Of a DNA stretch of 64,000 bases, positions 38,066 through 52,449 are shown piece after piece. The notes under the pieces were generated by a model, which was given only the letters and a program-made list of their open reading frames with translations, searched no databases and was not told where the DNA came from. The position numbers were made by a program, and so were the translations under genes. The DNA comes from Eledone cirrhosa. Lineage: Eukaryota. Within the stretch, counting starts at the first letter, position 1, and every line of letters starts with the position of its first letter. The DNA is taken from NCBI GenBank assembly GCA_964016885.1, contig OZ024743.1, positions 310,992,001 to 311,056,000 on the forward strand, written 5' to 3'.

Positions 38066-39420
38066 CATTCTATCCGACGTTCCAACGACTTTGCTGGTTC
38101 ACCGCTGCCTGCATTCTTGGCTCTACAATTCTCTCGAAATCCGTGCGAGAGTGCCTGGGGACCAATCGCACAAATCTGGTGCTCTCCCTCCCGAGGAAAT
38201 GCTCCGCACTTCCTAAATTCTTGTTCACGCTATGCATCTTGTCACCCTCTCGCAGATCACCAGGGAAAACGCGATGCCACCATCCGACGTGTGTGGAACT
38301 CATCTGCAACTTCAGTTTTGACAGCAACAGCTGGCATCAGGTGAAGCTCTCTGTGTATTTCGGTGGCCTCGCCCTTCGACCGGTATCAAATCTAAACTAC
38401 CGGTCTAACTCTCCTCGATCTTCTTGAGTCGCACAGCGACGTCCCCCAACAAGACGGTAGAAACTGACATGAACCATGAACTGGCGCAGGCTCTAGCCAA
38501 CAGGACTAGTGAAGGCCTCTCCATTCCCCAGAATATGAGAGTCCAACGTAACTGAGACGACATGAAGTTCAGGTTTACCTTCCGGTTGATCAAGTGTGGT
38601 TTGGACCAACCACACCTCTCCTGCCTCCATTGTGCCTCGCAACCAAATAGCGACACGTGGCTAAATTTGGTGCCCTCTTCATAAACCGATACCCTTCTTG
38701 ATGGTGAGTGCACTCGCATCTGAGTAGTCCAACGCTTCGGCCTCTTTGTGTGAGATCCACACAAATGCTGTTGTGGAGCTGTCGTCGATTAGTTCGACCT
38801 GCACCCACTATCATGCCGGCAGAGCGCAGACCGGTTCCCCGGGCATGCTACTCTCAACAACATAATGAGAATGAGCCTCGATGCAGTCGGATTTCTGTTA
38901 CAACTAGAGCCAGCAGGCCTCGACTATGGAGACGGTAAGCGCTTCAACGGAATTACTCTCTTCCCTTTGGAAGAAGGTAAATCTTTCATCTGGGACGCAT
39001 AAATCCTTCATTAGGGAATTCTCTGACTGCAACTTAGTCGCCTCAGGAAGACAGGTTAATACCGGGCTTTTACCAGCCACTTCTTTGCACCGGTCACTGT
39101 TGAGACCTGGGACCCTGGACAGCTGACCTCCGTAAAATCGGTTGGATAGCAGCTCGTCTGAGGAAGAGTCTCGCAAGGCGGGTTGTCTGTTGCAGTGGAC
39201 GTAGCCTGTCATTGTCCGCGGGGCGCAACCAAAACATCGCTCTGATGTAGAGTCTGTCACCCTCTCCCTTTCCACTTTTATTTCTTCCTTTGTTTAAGAG
39301 TCCTTGCTCTTCCCATCCTTTTCCTCTCATGTGTGGCATTCATAGTCCTCTCCAATGCTGCTTTCCTTTTCTGTATGTTTGACCATTTTATAGTTATATC
39401 AACAATAAACAAATAGAATT
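38066..39420 (+). mobile_element. Decayed CRE-like (restriction-like endonuclease) non-LTR retrotransposon, 3' part
   Basis: SWHQVKLSVYFGGLALR; DTWLNLVPSS; LEPAGLDYGDGKRFNGITLFPLEEGKSFIWDA (cf. EPxGL..DGKRPDGxTLxPWxxGKxLxWD) translated by eye at ~38900-39000. Confidence 0.7.
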
Positions 39421-39743
39421 CAATTTTTTAAAATGATATAATTAGATTTCACTTTAAATTGTTTTTATACCCGATTTTACAACAATAGAAGGACCAACAC
39501 CACCTTTAATCCGGAAAATATTTCAAGTAGGAACTTAAAATTCCCACTACAGCCTGATTGGTTTCTTAGGTGACCCACGTATGGTGTAAATGTAGCCACA
39601 GCTACAATGATTATTTACACAATCGTTGTTTATGTTAATACCTCCATTTTATGAGATTATTAGCTTATTTTGCTTAATCTTACTCTGACAATGTCTTGTA
39701 AACAATTGTGTCAGTAGTGAGATCAAACATAAGGACCATATGA

Positions 39744-39911
<168 letters not shown>

Positions 39912-40013
39912 ATTCTTAATAACAACACAATCAGGAGCTGGTCATATCGATGTATTAACGGAGTAAAACACACTTCAGCAACATGTATACCTATCTTTCC
40001 CACACCAATTCGG

Positions 40014-40070
40014 ACTGCCTGAAGAGGTCACAGCTAATGATGGCTGTCACCGAAATATATATACACCAGT
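40014..40070 (+). ncRNA. Type I hammerhead of family Y (3' strand of stem I altered)
   Basis: ACTGC CTGAAGA GGTCACAGC-TAATGATG-GCTGTCACC GAAA TATATA TA; homologous to 46211-46265. Confidence 0.7.
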
Positions 40071-40080
40071 TTATCTATAA

Positions 40081-41219
40081 TCTATATATATAAAACAGAG
40101 GATGTCTGTCTGTGTGTCTGTTTCCCTAAAACTTGAGAAGTACCCAACCGTTTTTTTTCAAACTTTACACATGTAACCCGTATAGCCCCGGAAGTGTTTT
40201 GAGCAAAAAGAATTTCAAATTATTCTGACCTAGGGATCGAATTAGTGAAGTGGCCAATGTCTGTACATAATGAGGGAGTGAGAGGGGAGAGAAAGAAACG
40301 GAGAGCCGAAATGAAGAAGTGGCTCTCTACTCCTCCTCCTCCTTCTCCCCATTCGTCACACTGTTTTTCGATACAGGGGAGAAATGTTAACGAGTTACAG
40401 AGAGAAAGAGTGAGAGTGAAAGAAACAGAGAGACTAAAAGAGGGCGATAGCCTGAGGGAGAGAGAGAGTGACAGACGCCGTCTTTTGAGAGTTGTATGCG
40501 TCAAAGATACATGACAGTGGAATAACTATTGCGTGTGTGTGTACGTGCGCGTGTGTGTGTATGAGTTTGTGTGCGTTTGCATGCGTGAGTGTGTATGTGT
40601 GCGTGAGTGAGTTATAAAGAGAAAGAGTGAGAGTGAAAGTAACAGACAGACTAAAAGAGAGGGATAGCGGGAGAGAGAGAGAGAGACGCTGGAAGAGGGG
40701 AAGGAAAGCTATATGTCTTTCTGTCTGCATTACGATACATATATATACACACACACACTGATCGCGTCATAATGACGTAATGCAGACAGCCAGACATACA
40801 GACAGATAAACAATTATAAGAGTGCAACGTTATATCTATGTATCTATCTAAAAAGAAAGACTAAGAATTATAGAGAGAGATCGCTAAATCGCCTAATGCG
40901 GTCCCTAGAGCATTGAAAATTTGAAATATGTTTTTCTCAAAACACCCACAGGACCATAAGTATTACATGTCTAAAGTTTGAAAACAATCGGTTCGGTGGT
41001 TCTCAAGTTTTAGTGCGCTGACAGACAGACAGATATTCTCTGTTTTAGATATATAGATATATATATATAATTATATATTCGTGTACAGATATTTTTGCAT
41101 ACACAATAACAAAATATAAATAAACGTATTTATTTCACGAGGCTCAATAAGGATAAATATATATCAAATATATAAGAACCCTAGAGCAAATCCCGAGTAA
41201 CGCCGGGCCATTCTGCTAG
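40081..41219 (+). mobile_element. Non-autonomous Helitron
   Basis: 5' TCTATATATATAAAAC; 3' hairpin CCCG..CGGG then CTAG (41216-41219); A|T insertion with no TSD; uninterrupted site visible at ~46380-46400. Confidence 0.92.
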
Positions 41220-41274
41220 TTTATAATAAACGAAGCCAAATTTTACATATTTGACTTAATGATTTTATATATAT

Positions 41275-43330
41275 ACATATATATATAAAACAGAAGATGT
41301 CTGTCTGTCTGTGTAACCGCATGCATTTCTACATTTTACAACCGATTTGCACCAAATTTCATACATAGGTTTCTGAAGTCCTATTACGCGTCGTGGGCTA
41401 TTTTATTTTTTCCGTACATCGATTGTGGAGTTCCACAGGGGCAGATAACCCCCCTAAGCCTCTCGCTTGCAGTCAGTAGTACTACTGCATAAAGGCCCCA
41501 TAATTCCTGCAGTTTGCCTCCCATCTTCACCAAAATTAATCTTTTGTTTGCTTATGGCCTACAAATAAATTTGCAGGCATGCACTTGCGGGGTAGTAAAC
41601 CGACTTAATGAATGTTGAAGTTGATATCATCAATGCAACAAAACATGATAACTGCTTGAGTTGGTGTTTGGTTTTCACGAAGCGAGACGTATTGGTTACC
41701 CATGGCTTATAAAGGAAGGTGAACACATGCACTTTTACCTGAACTTATCAAGGGGACCCCTGGGGGTGGGTAGTAAGCCCCTTCGACTTAGCTATTGAAG
41801 TTCACATTAACACTGTATTAGTACCTGATAACATTTGAAGTTTACGTTCGATTTTAACTTTACCGGACGCATTGGTTACCCATTGCCTAAAGATGATGTT
41901 GAAGACATTGTCTATACTCGGACCCCAGGGACAGTAATCCCCGGCGAGTCATTTTTAAATTTGGTTATTGTAATGCAGCAAAGCGTCATAGCTTCGATAA
42001 TTGGTAGTCCAATAAAACGAATTTCGACTTAGTTGTTATCCATGTACTACAGATGAAGATACAGTGAGGCACATTTATTTTCATTTAAATTCAGCAAGAC
42101 GACCCCTCGGGGACAATGAGCCCAATTCATTAACATATAAAAGTTCAAACTGCCACAATAAAAAAAAACCATAACCTCAGGGGTTTATACTTGATTCTTA
42201 CAAAACTAAACGAAATGGTTATTGCCTGCCATAAGATAAAGCACCACACATTCGTTATCACTTGAATTTTGCAATTGACTTTTATTTTTCCAGAAGTTGA
42301 AATGCTCTGCTGCATTTCAACTTCTGGAAAAATAAAAGTCAATTTAAAGGATGATTGAATTTAATTTTGTACCCGGTTTTCTCCACCACAATTAAGTGCG
42401 GAATGGGGAGTTAAATTTTTTTCATTGAACTTTGGCGTCATTTCACACTCCTAACCAAGAAAGCGCGATTTAACCCAGGTGTAAATTTTAACGCCAACTG
42501 TATGTGGATTGTGCTATTTCACACTCATGCCTAAACTGTGCGAAAGATTGATTAGTTTTTGCACCCGGTTGTCCCCCCCCCCCCGTTTAATTGTACCTCA
42601 ATTAAGTGCGAAATGGCTACCTCTCGCCAACCACACATCAGTGAGTTGTGTTCAGTAGATTTCATCACACTTATTTGTATTATCTAACCAATCAGACAAC
42701 TCGAGTGTTGTTCATTGAGCGAAATCACTCCTATTTATATCGGTCAAGTCCGACCTAGGATCACACTTCTTTTTGGGCTTTTGACAGGTGGTAGGTTTTT
42801 TACATGCGTACTCTCATAAGCTACCCCATGTTTCTGAAACGCATGCTTCTTCAACATTTTTCACCTTAAAGGAGGTTTAGTTAATGTATTTATGGCCATA
42901 AGGTTCCAGTTTATAATGATGTGATCTTTTCAATGGTTAGTAATTACCTATTGCTATGTTCGAACTGAACAAACATACTGACACTTATATATCTACCACT
43001 GTAGCCACACTATTTAATTTAATTTGTTTTATCACAGGTAGTCTGTACGCTACGTTACCCCTAACTTAAAACCTGAAATTTGACTGGTACACAATATCTT
43101 GCAAAACATACCCACTTTCTCAGACCACATAGATATATCACATTTTTTCACAATTTATATCCGTGTTTAGATTTGCTTACTTAAACGTTATTTGTCCACT
43201 ATTTAACGTTCTCCCTGGTTAATTTTCAAAAAACAATGGAATTTAGTCCACGCTAGCTTATTACATCCACTGAATTATTATTTTTATATGAGTTCCTAGT
43301 GTCCGCGCATTGCCTGGGAACTTAGCTGAG
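41275..43330 (+). mobile_element. Second probable non-autonomous Helitron (older)
   Basis: Similar 5' end ATATATAAAACAGAAGATGTCTGTCTG; degenerate hairpin end CCGCGCATTGCCTGGGAACTTAGCTGAG near 43300-43330; right boundary uncertain. Confidence 0.5.
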
Positions 43331-43604
43331 AATAGACTCCCTGATGACGTAATGAATTCTCGATAGTTATATTGTGTAACTATATTTATCCCATTACAGA
43401 AACTAATTAGTTGGAGTGAAAATTTTAGTAAGTAAGTTAATTTTTAATTTTTAAAATTTTCTTATTTTACGTCTTTCATATAATTGTTCTGCATCCCCCT
43501 GCATATAACCACCTAGGTACTTTGATATAACTTATATATTTGCTAGCATTAGTGTACATCTGTACGCATATGTTGGTAGATGTACTAATTCTCTCTCTCT
43601 CTAT

Positions 43605-44710
43605 ATATATATATAAGAAAGTAAGTCCATAGAATCATTTGATAAAATATATACAGTATTTCTCCTCCCATTCAGCATAAGCAAGCACACAAAAAATTAA
43701 TTAAACGAGGCTATAAGTTTAAAATTTACCTATGAAGAAATAATAGATACATATATGATAGCTATTTTATCCGCGATCCACAGCCACAGAATATTTACCT
43801 AGTATTTCTAATAGCCCGTAGAAATTGACTAGACATATAGCTAACCATACACAATTAGGTACAAAATCAAAGTTAGAAGAACAAATGTACATAAACATAC
43901 TAAAATTGTGTTTCTATCCCCGGAGGTTTAATTCGCTTTTTGGAAATATCCGATCATGGATAAATCAACGAGTTTCGAAATCATCAGGAAACAAACTCAA
44001 TTGGACAAAGATTTTTCTTAAATGATCCCCGCCAGAAACGAATTAAAAATGGCTAAGAATTGTCACATGGCCAGTGGTCAAGTCAGAAAGCCTGTGATTG
44101 GTGCCTGACTGCGAGTAGGTTGGTTGCTAGAAAGCGCAGCCGAATACTGCCTAAAGTTTTACTCAACCTTACGGGAATATATAAAATATAGAGCTTTACA
44201 TATATATAAACTAGACAGAGCCATAGATAAATATATATATGTTTTTGGCAACCATTCACGGTGTGGCTCAATGACAAATTAATTAATTAAATAATCAACA
44301 ATCAGAACAATATATAAGAAAGTTAGCCCATAGAATCATATATAATGATATATAACAGGGATTATGAATAAATGAAGTAGATTCTATTAGAAATACTAGG
44401 TAAATATTCTGTGGCTGTGGATCGCGGATAAAATAGCTATCATTTATTTATCTATTGTTTCTTCATGGGTACATTTTAAACTTATAGCCTCGTTTAATTG
44501 ATTTTTTATGTGGTTGATTATGCTGATTGGGAGGAGAAATACTGTATATATTTTATCAAATGATTCTATGGAATTACTTTCTTATATATTGCTCTGATTG
44601 TTGATTATTTAATTAAATATATTCGTCATTGAGCTACACCGTGAATGGTTGCCACAAACACATATATATATATATATATATGGCTCTGTCTAGTTTATGT
44701 ATATGTAAAC
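43605..44710. mobile_element. Family X copy: one ~700-bp unit plus inverted arm (44386-44710)
   Basis: ATATAAGAAAGT..CATAGAATCA at ~43611 and ~44312; homologous to 27062-28225; decayed hammerhead 43910-43992 (-) with GAAA changed to TAAA. Confidence 0.8.
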
Positions 44711-45205
44711 CTCTCTCTCTATATATATATATATATATTTGCGTGCAATTGTTCTCCCCGGTCCACATAATGACGTATTATCTTCGTTTTTTCCGTTCAT
44801 TGCCAGAGAACGTCTCCATGAACCACCTAATAGAATATTAGTCTACGACTTCTTTTATACCATAAACGTGGTTTTGTCTTTGCGTGTAATTTTTTTTTAC
44901 CGCTCCAAATAATGACGTATTATCTTCGTTTTTTCCCGTTCTTTGAAAGGGAACGTTTCCACGAACCAAAGTATCGTCTTCCTGTCTTCCTCCGGTTGCA
45001 TCGTTTTTTTGAAATATTTCCTTCTACGTTCACAGATTGACTTTGTTAGTTTCAGAAGATCCCGTTAAGTGTGAAAGCAGCGATTCTTTGCTTAAAATTG
45101 TATCTGTTATTTTAATAAATATTTGCGCTACGGTTCTTATATATTTGATATATATTTATCCTTATCGAGCCCTCTTTGGATGTTAGTCTTCAAATCTATT
45201 ATAAT

Positions 45206-45261
<56 letters not shown>

Positions 45262-45265
<4 letters not shown>

Positions 45266-45900
45266 GTTTACATATATATATATAAAAGGTCATAGATATA
45301 TATGTTTTGCAACCGGTCACGTTGTGGCTCAATGAAAAATTAATAAATTAAATAATCAGAGCTATATATCATAAAATATGTCTTTAGAATCACTAGATAT
45401 AGTATATACCATTTCCTCTCCCGATTAGCATAATTAACCATATAAAAGATCAATTAGTCCAAGCTATAAGAATAAAGGCTCTTATGAAGAAATCTCCGAC
45501 AAATAACCGAAAGCAGCCCCTTCGCAGTGGCTACGATAGATATTTATCTAACATTTCGACAGCATGTAAACATCGACGAGATATACAGTCAACTAAACAC
45601 AATTCGGTGTAAAATTGAACTTAGAAGAATTGCGTACATACCTAATTACCTCTACCATGGTTTCATCCGTATTTAAATACATCCGTTAACAGGGAATGTC
45701 CAGAGCTTCGGAATCATCAGGAGCGAGCTCAAAATTAGACATTTAATTTTCCAAAGTGATTTCTTCATAAGAGATTTCTTCATAAGAGCCTTTATTCTTA
45801 TAGCTTGGTCTAATTGATCTTTTATATGGTTAATTATGCTAATTGGGAGAGGAAATGGTATATACTATATCTAGTGATTCTAAAGACATATTTTATGATA
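45262..45900. mobile_element. Family X diverged copy plus short inverted arm (~45772-45900)
   Basis: GTGGCTCAATGA and AAGCTATAAG landmarks shared with the other copies; arm is the reverse complement of ~45365-45495. Confidence 0.75.
45650..45723 (-). ncRNA. Type I hammerhead (family X) with intact core
   Basis: CTC CTGATGA TTCCG...CGGAT GAAA CCATGG TA GAG; palindromic stem III; GUA site. Confidence 0.8.
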
Positions 45901-45904
45901 TAAA

Positions 45905-46762
<858 letters not shown>

Positions 46763-46764
46763 AC

Positions 46765-47172
46765 TTAGAGAATCGGACACCATGCTTTGCAGCTTATAGC
46801 TACAGACAGCCATTTACGGTATGAGCTGAAATCCCGCCGGGGTTAGCTTTGCTTTTCCTCCTGACGAAGTCGATTAATTGAAGCACGAGTCATGCACTGA
46901 GGGTGATTTAATCAACTTTCCCGATTTCTAAAATTGTTGGCTTTGTGTCTAAATCAGAAACCATTATTATAATTATACTTCGTGGTGGTTTGGCAGTATT
47001 GGTAGAGGGTCGGGCAACAGGCTTTGCAGCACAGAGTTACGCCCCTTTCTGATCTGAGTTCAAATCCTGCCGAGGTTAACTTTGCCTTTCATCCTTACAA
47101 GGTCGATAAAATAAAGTACCAGTAATGCACTGGGATAATTGCTGGCCTTGTTCCAAAAGTAGAAACAATTAT
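46765..47172 (+). mobile_element. Two adjacent SINE copies (old 46765-46965; younger 46982-47172)
   Basis: Both carry the AAATCC(C/T)GCCG..GTTA(G/A)CTTTGC body. Confidence 0.85.
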
Positions 47173-47794
47173 TATAATTATACTTCGGAGTAAACAAACC
47201 TACTCTTGTATAGTGTGAGTGTTTAATTAATACATACGTTACCATATATATATATAATTTGTTGTTTATCGAGAAAAATAGGAAAAGAAATATATAACTG
47301 AATAAATATATTGTATTGTACAATTAGACTTTCCTAGTTGATAGAATAACGGAACACGGTATAGAAAGATATAATTTATTTACGTAAATCCGTACGTAAT
47401 TATAAAGTACGTAAGACCACAAGGAATTCAAGGATAAATATTTGCAATACCACTTTAAAGAAAAGACGTTTCTAAAATAGATATTCCTCGGTGATTGATT
47501 GGAACAACTGTCATTTACATAACTATCAAATTTAGACGACACACAGTCGTGAAAGTTCTAATACCCACAGAAGAAGATTTTGGTTTGAGTTCCTCTTCGC
47601 TAGACTCTGCCTTGCTTGTCTTGGTACCAACCGTTCGCTCTTTGATATCCTTCAGCTTCGCTCGGCTCTGCTTTGTTTGCCTTGGCACCGACTGTTTTTG
47701 TTTGCTCTTGTCGTCTTTCTGGGTCTAACGGGTGCTATCTCTAGCCTCACTACGAACCTATCTTGATATACGAATATTAATTTCTAGTCAAACG

Positions 47795-48111
47795 ATCTGA
47801 GTTCAAATCCCGCCGAGGTTGACTTTGCCTTTCATCCTTACGGGGTCGATAAAATAAAGTACCAATAATGCACTGGGTAATTGCTGGCCTTGTGCCTAAA
47901 GTAGAAACAATTAATTTCTAGTCAAACGGTGAATTGGCAGTATCAGTAGAGGGTCGGACGCCATGCTTTGACGCATAGAGTTACGGCCCTTGCCATTCTG
48001 AGTTAAAATCCCGCCGAGGTTAACTTTGTATTTCATCCTTACGGGGTCGATAAAATAAAGTACCAGTAATGTACTGGGTAATTGCTGGCCTTGTGCCAAA
48101 AAGTAGAAACA
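47795..48111 (+). mobile_element. Two tandem SINE copies (47795-47909 truncated; 47929-48111) with triplicated 19-bp target
   Basis: ATTAATTTCTAGTCAAACG at 47776, 47910 and 48112. Confidence 0.93.
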
Positions 48112-49442
48112 ATTAATTTCTAGTCAAACGACGCATGTGTTATTGAACGCACCATGATGTTTCTAAGTCTCCGTATACTATCTATTGAATATGTTTCTAC
48201 TGCCAAAGAATCCCTCTGATGAGAGAATTTCTTGCAATATAGGTTGTCTTAATTCATTAGGAATAGTGCTGATCACTGCTCGTTTTTGTTTTTGCGTATG
48301 CACGATCCATATCTCGCAACCATAAAAAACACTGGTAGACATAGTGTATTATACATCCGTCACTTCAGATAAATACTGATGCTCGCTTTCCAAATCTGCC
48401 AAAAGCCTTAGAGGCTATGCTATACTCATCAGTGCGATTACAGCTGACGACCTTTGAGACTAAGTAGATAAAGCTAACTGTTCTTCTGAGTTTAGCATTA
48501 TTTGCAAATATACCATTATCGTTATCAATGTTTAAACACGTGTACTCAGTTTTCGCGACGTTTAGTTCCAGGCCAACAGTGTGTGTGTGTGCTTCGTATA
48601 TTATGTGATTTGAATGGTCTTATGATTTCTGTATTGCAGGTAAAATTAAAACAATGTTATCTGCGAATGCCAGGTTTGATAACTTCATTTCAAATAATAA
48701 TATTGATTGATCAAAACGGTTTAATCTTAACCATAGGGCATATAATCCCGTAATAATAATAATACATACACACAAACACACACACACATGTATGTATATA
48801 TATATGGGGGGGGGGGGGGGGATACTGTCTCTTTCGACGTACAGTTCAGGTCGGGAATCGAACTTACAGCGATTAACCCATCACTCTAATAACTGCTATA
48901 TGCATGTATGTATGTAGTTTCCTCCATAACAAATTACTTTAACGAGCCATTTCATCTTGCCAGTTGACATCCGTCGTCTGTTGCTGCAAAAAACCGAATC
49001 TGCTCAACGGGACGAAATGTCCATTCAACTAATCCTAATCTTGAATATTTGGCGCGTGTCTAACTGAATGAATAGACAAAACAGTCTGTTTTTTCTGCAA
49101 TGTGTCAGTTCTATTATAGTAAAATTATCATTTCAGTTTTATCATAGAGAAATTATCCACGCTAATCACATATTATTCAATACGACCTCGTATTACTATC
49201 CAGATGTTAAATGTTTCTCTTATCATCTTATCAATGTTGTCATTGCAAAACATTATAAAATTTTGACTATTTTGAATCTGCATTATAAATATTTAATACA
49301 TTAAAATATGAAGTGCATATATATATATATATGACATAAGAACTGCACTTCATATTTTAATGTATTAACGGAAATTGTTTCAGAAGATCCCGTTAAGTGT
49401 GAAAGCAGCGATTCTTTGCTTAAACTTTAATCTGTTATTTTA

Positions 49443-49522
<80 letters not shown>

Positions 49523-49552
49523 TAAAATATATATATATATATATATATATAT

Positions 49553-50211
49553 CAAATGAAAACATAGAGTTAAAAACTCACATTAATCCCCTATAATTTA
49601 ATTAGCTCAAGGAATAGATACCGAGCTCTTTATAAATCAACATATAGAGAGTACACATAGAGATATGTGTTTAATCACAGGAGATCAAAATCCACTAGAG
49701 TGACAAACATATTACGTACGGAAGGAATGGTGAATACAATTCTATAAAAAGAATATATTAAAGAGTACTAACCATCTAGTTGTTTTTTTAATTTTATATT
49801 TTCGTTCCTAATATGTAGAGCTACTAAAGTTGAATGGTTCTGAGATGCTGTTTTTAGCGGTCTTTTGGTCTAGTCACACCAATATGGGCTATAAAATACA
49901 CATGTCTTTCCTCTACACCTGGCGTGTTTTCTTAGTTAACTGATATATTTATTTAGAAGTGTTGATCGTTTTGGTAGGCACCCGCCGATGATCTTCATCA
50001 ACAATATAGATTCTTCACTTTTTATAGCGAAACATATTCTTATTTGAGCATGTCCGGGTGTATAATCGGATGGTTAGTACTCGTTAATATATCCCTTTAA
50101 TTGATTTGTGTTCACCATTCCTTCAGTACGTAATAATGTATGTCACTCTAGTGGTTTTTGATTCCCTTTGATTGAACACATATCTCTGTGTGTACTTCTC
50201 TCTATATGTTG

Positions 50212-50217
<6 letters not shown>
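49553..50217. mobile_element. pLTR-like inverted pair in (AT)n (arms ~49630-49776 and ~50070-50217)
   Basis: Diverged reverse-complement arms; hammerhead remnant just upstream of the right arm. Confidence 0.7.
49979..50060 (+). ncRNA. Decayed type I hammerhead
   Basis: Stem I CACCCG/CGGGTG; CCGATGA (U4 to C); poor stem II; GAAA CAT...ATG TC (GUC site). Confidence 0.65.
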
Positions 50218-50257
<40 letters not shown>

Positions 50258-50794
50258 GTGGGTGTGAGTGTGTGTGTGAGTGTGTTTGTGCGTGTTTGTA
50301 TGTAGTTGTCGGTTGAGAGAAAAGAATACTCTTTACTAAATTTGAGTTTAAATATTCATTTTATCACAAGGTTATCAGACAGGTTCTTTGATGATGACCC
50401 TGTGATAAACAGGTGAAACTCCAGAATAACAAGACTCACTATTTAACCTTAGTCCAACTCTCATGTTTCCATCAACTGCTGTTAATGCAAATTTAAATTG
50501 TTTTCAATTGTTCTATATTATTTAGAATGAATATTAAAATCTTCTTCTAATATATAGATCTTATATTTGAAATAGATTTACAATATCATAACGATAATGA
50601 AAAGGAGCCGATCATCAAGTCGGGCCAATAAAATTGTTTTTCCATTAGTCTTTTCATTGCTGGTATAATCTGCTGGTCGCAACTACTATTAGTAAGAGGG
50701 GAGATTTCAACTAAAAAAGAGCAGAGTAGGAGCAGAGCAAAGCATCCTGACCATCACTTTGACGATTCTGTCAATTCACTTCACTTATAGAAAA

Positions 50795-50925
50795 CGACTT
50801 TATTTATCGATCCCGAAAGGATTAAAGACAGAGTTTGATTTTTGTGAGATTTGAACTCAGACTAACAAAGGTCGGAATATATACCGAAGCATTTAATCCG
50901 GCGATCTAACGACTCTGCTAAATTA
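50795..50925 (-). mobile_element. Diverged SINE copy
   Basis: TTTATCGATCCCGAAAGGATTAAAGACAGAGTT..GATTTGAACTCAG. Confidence 0.7.
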
Positions 50926-51774
50926 CTGTCTAAAAAGAAACAAGTAAGAAGGAAACATACGAAAGCTACTTACAATACACGGTTGACTGGAAGGTACATC
51001 ACAGTTGTACCGTGCGGACAAGATGTGAAAGTGTTGCTACACAACCGATTAGACAAGACAAATCTAAATAAAACATCTAAAATAATAACGTGTTTGTTGT
51101 CGTCAGTACTCATGCGCAATATTTATTGTCTACAAACATGCACACACACAGACACACACACAAAAATATGTTTGTGTATTTGTGTGTTTGTGTGTGTACA
51201 CAAGTGTGTGTATAAATATTCATATATCTATAGATTTATATGTATATACATGCATATATATATATATATATATACAAAATATATATACAAAATATATCCA
51301 AAATAAATTAAATTAAATTAAATTAAGGGAGTCATGTCCGAGACATGCGCCATATCCACCGTAGAATAAGCTCAAAGATTCCAATGAATAGATCCGAGCA
51401 TTTTATATCAACTAGAAATTGATTGACATATATATATATTTATTTAAAATAAACACATGAAACAATCACAGGGGATAATTTGTAAAGTGTGTAATCACAC
51501 ATAGTTAGGTAGGTAACTAATTAAAGTTTAACTAGATCTTCAAATATTACCTTTTAAAAAATGATTAATCCTCCTTGTATATATTGCATTAAAGCAATAT
51601 ATTTCACCACTAATCCGTAAAGTCACAGTAGTCAAATTTTGGATTGTCAGCAAGGGGGAAGATTTAACTACCTGTGTTTACACATCAAATGCAAATCTTC
51701 GAGTGACCCGTCGCAGTATTGCAATTCTTAAACTACTAACAACATGCTAGCGTCCTCCCATTGGCGTGAATGGG

Positions 51775-52155
51775 TTATCGACAGCGGCGGTGGATGTAGT
51801 GCATGTTGTCGTTTGGTTTCCTGTATGGGTAGTACAGATCATTTTCGAGGTTGAGGGTAACGTCCAGGAAATTGACTCGGATTAGGAACGTTTGTTGGGT
51901 GATCTTAAATCCCCATTCCCGGAATAAGTTGATTAGTTGTTTACGGACCCGGTCTGTACTACTGGGGTTGTACTCTTTGAGGGTAAGGAGCCCATCGTCT
52001 CGGTACAATCCACCGCCGAATGCAGGAAACATTTCGGTGAGTTTAAATAGTAGGAATAATTCGATAAGATCCGTGACCTTCATTTTATCTGCTTCACAAA
52101 CGACAGAACATAATGTGATCAGCACATTCCTGTTCTCTTCAACCCATACTCTAAA
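51775..52155 (-). pseudogene. Penelope-like RT fragment
   Basis: GGGLYRDDGL (catalytic YRDD) and VNFLDVTLNLENDLYYPYRKPN; same family as the 37.8-38.0 kb fragment. Confidence 0.88.
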
Positions 52156-52449
52156 TGATATATATATATGTGTGTGTGTATGTACGTGCGTGTGTGTATG
52201 TGTGTGTGTGTGCTTGTATGTATATTAGTAAATGTCTTGCACAAGCACGTATCACTTAAATCCAATGGCCTGAAAGTAACTTTCTTACTTAGAAGGTTTG
52301 TCTTAATTCCTTAACTGATGGGGGGATAGACTTAAAAACCTGTCCTAAAAATGATATGTCAATAGAAACTAGCCAAAACACTGTGACTGACAGTTGTTCA
52401 CTTAAGCGGTCCGAATTAAAGGAGAAAAACAAGAAAATATATATAAGGG

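Noticed and set aside
43335-43375. CTGATGA matches here and at ~1383, ~46634 (-) and ~48216
   Set aside because: No matching stem II plus GAAA plus stem I arrangement.
47560-47760. Possible host exon on the - strand (charged, coding-like)
   Set aside because: Stops in all three frames as read by eye; more likely a decayed transposon fragment.
50380-50430. Hammerhead-like ATGATGA CCCTGT-GATAA-ACAGGT GAAA CTC
   Set aside because: Core lacks C3, and stems I and III cannot be placed convincingly; may be a decayed copy.
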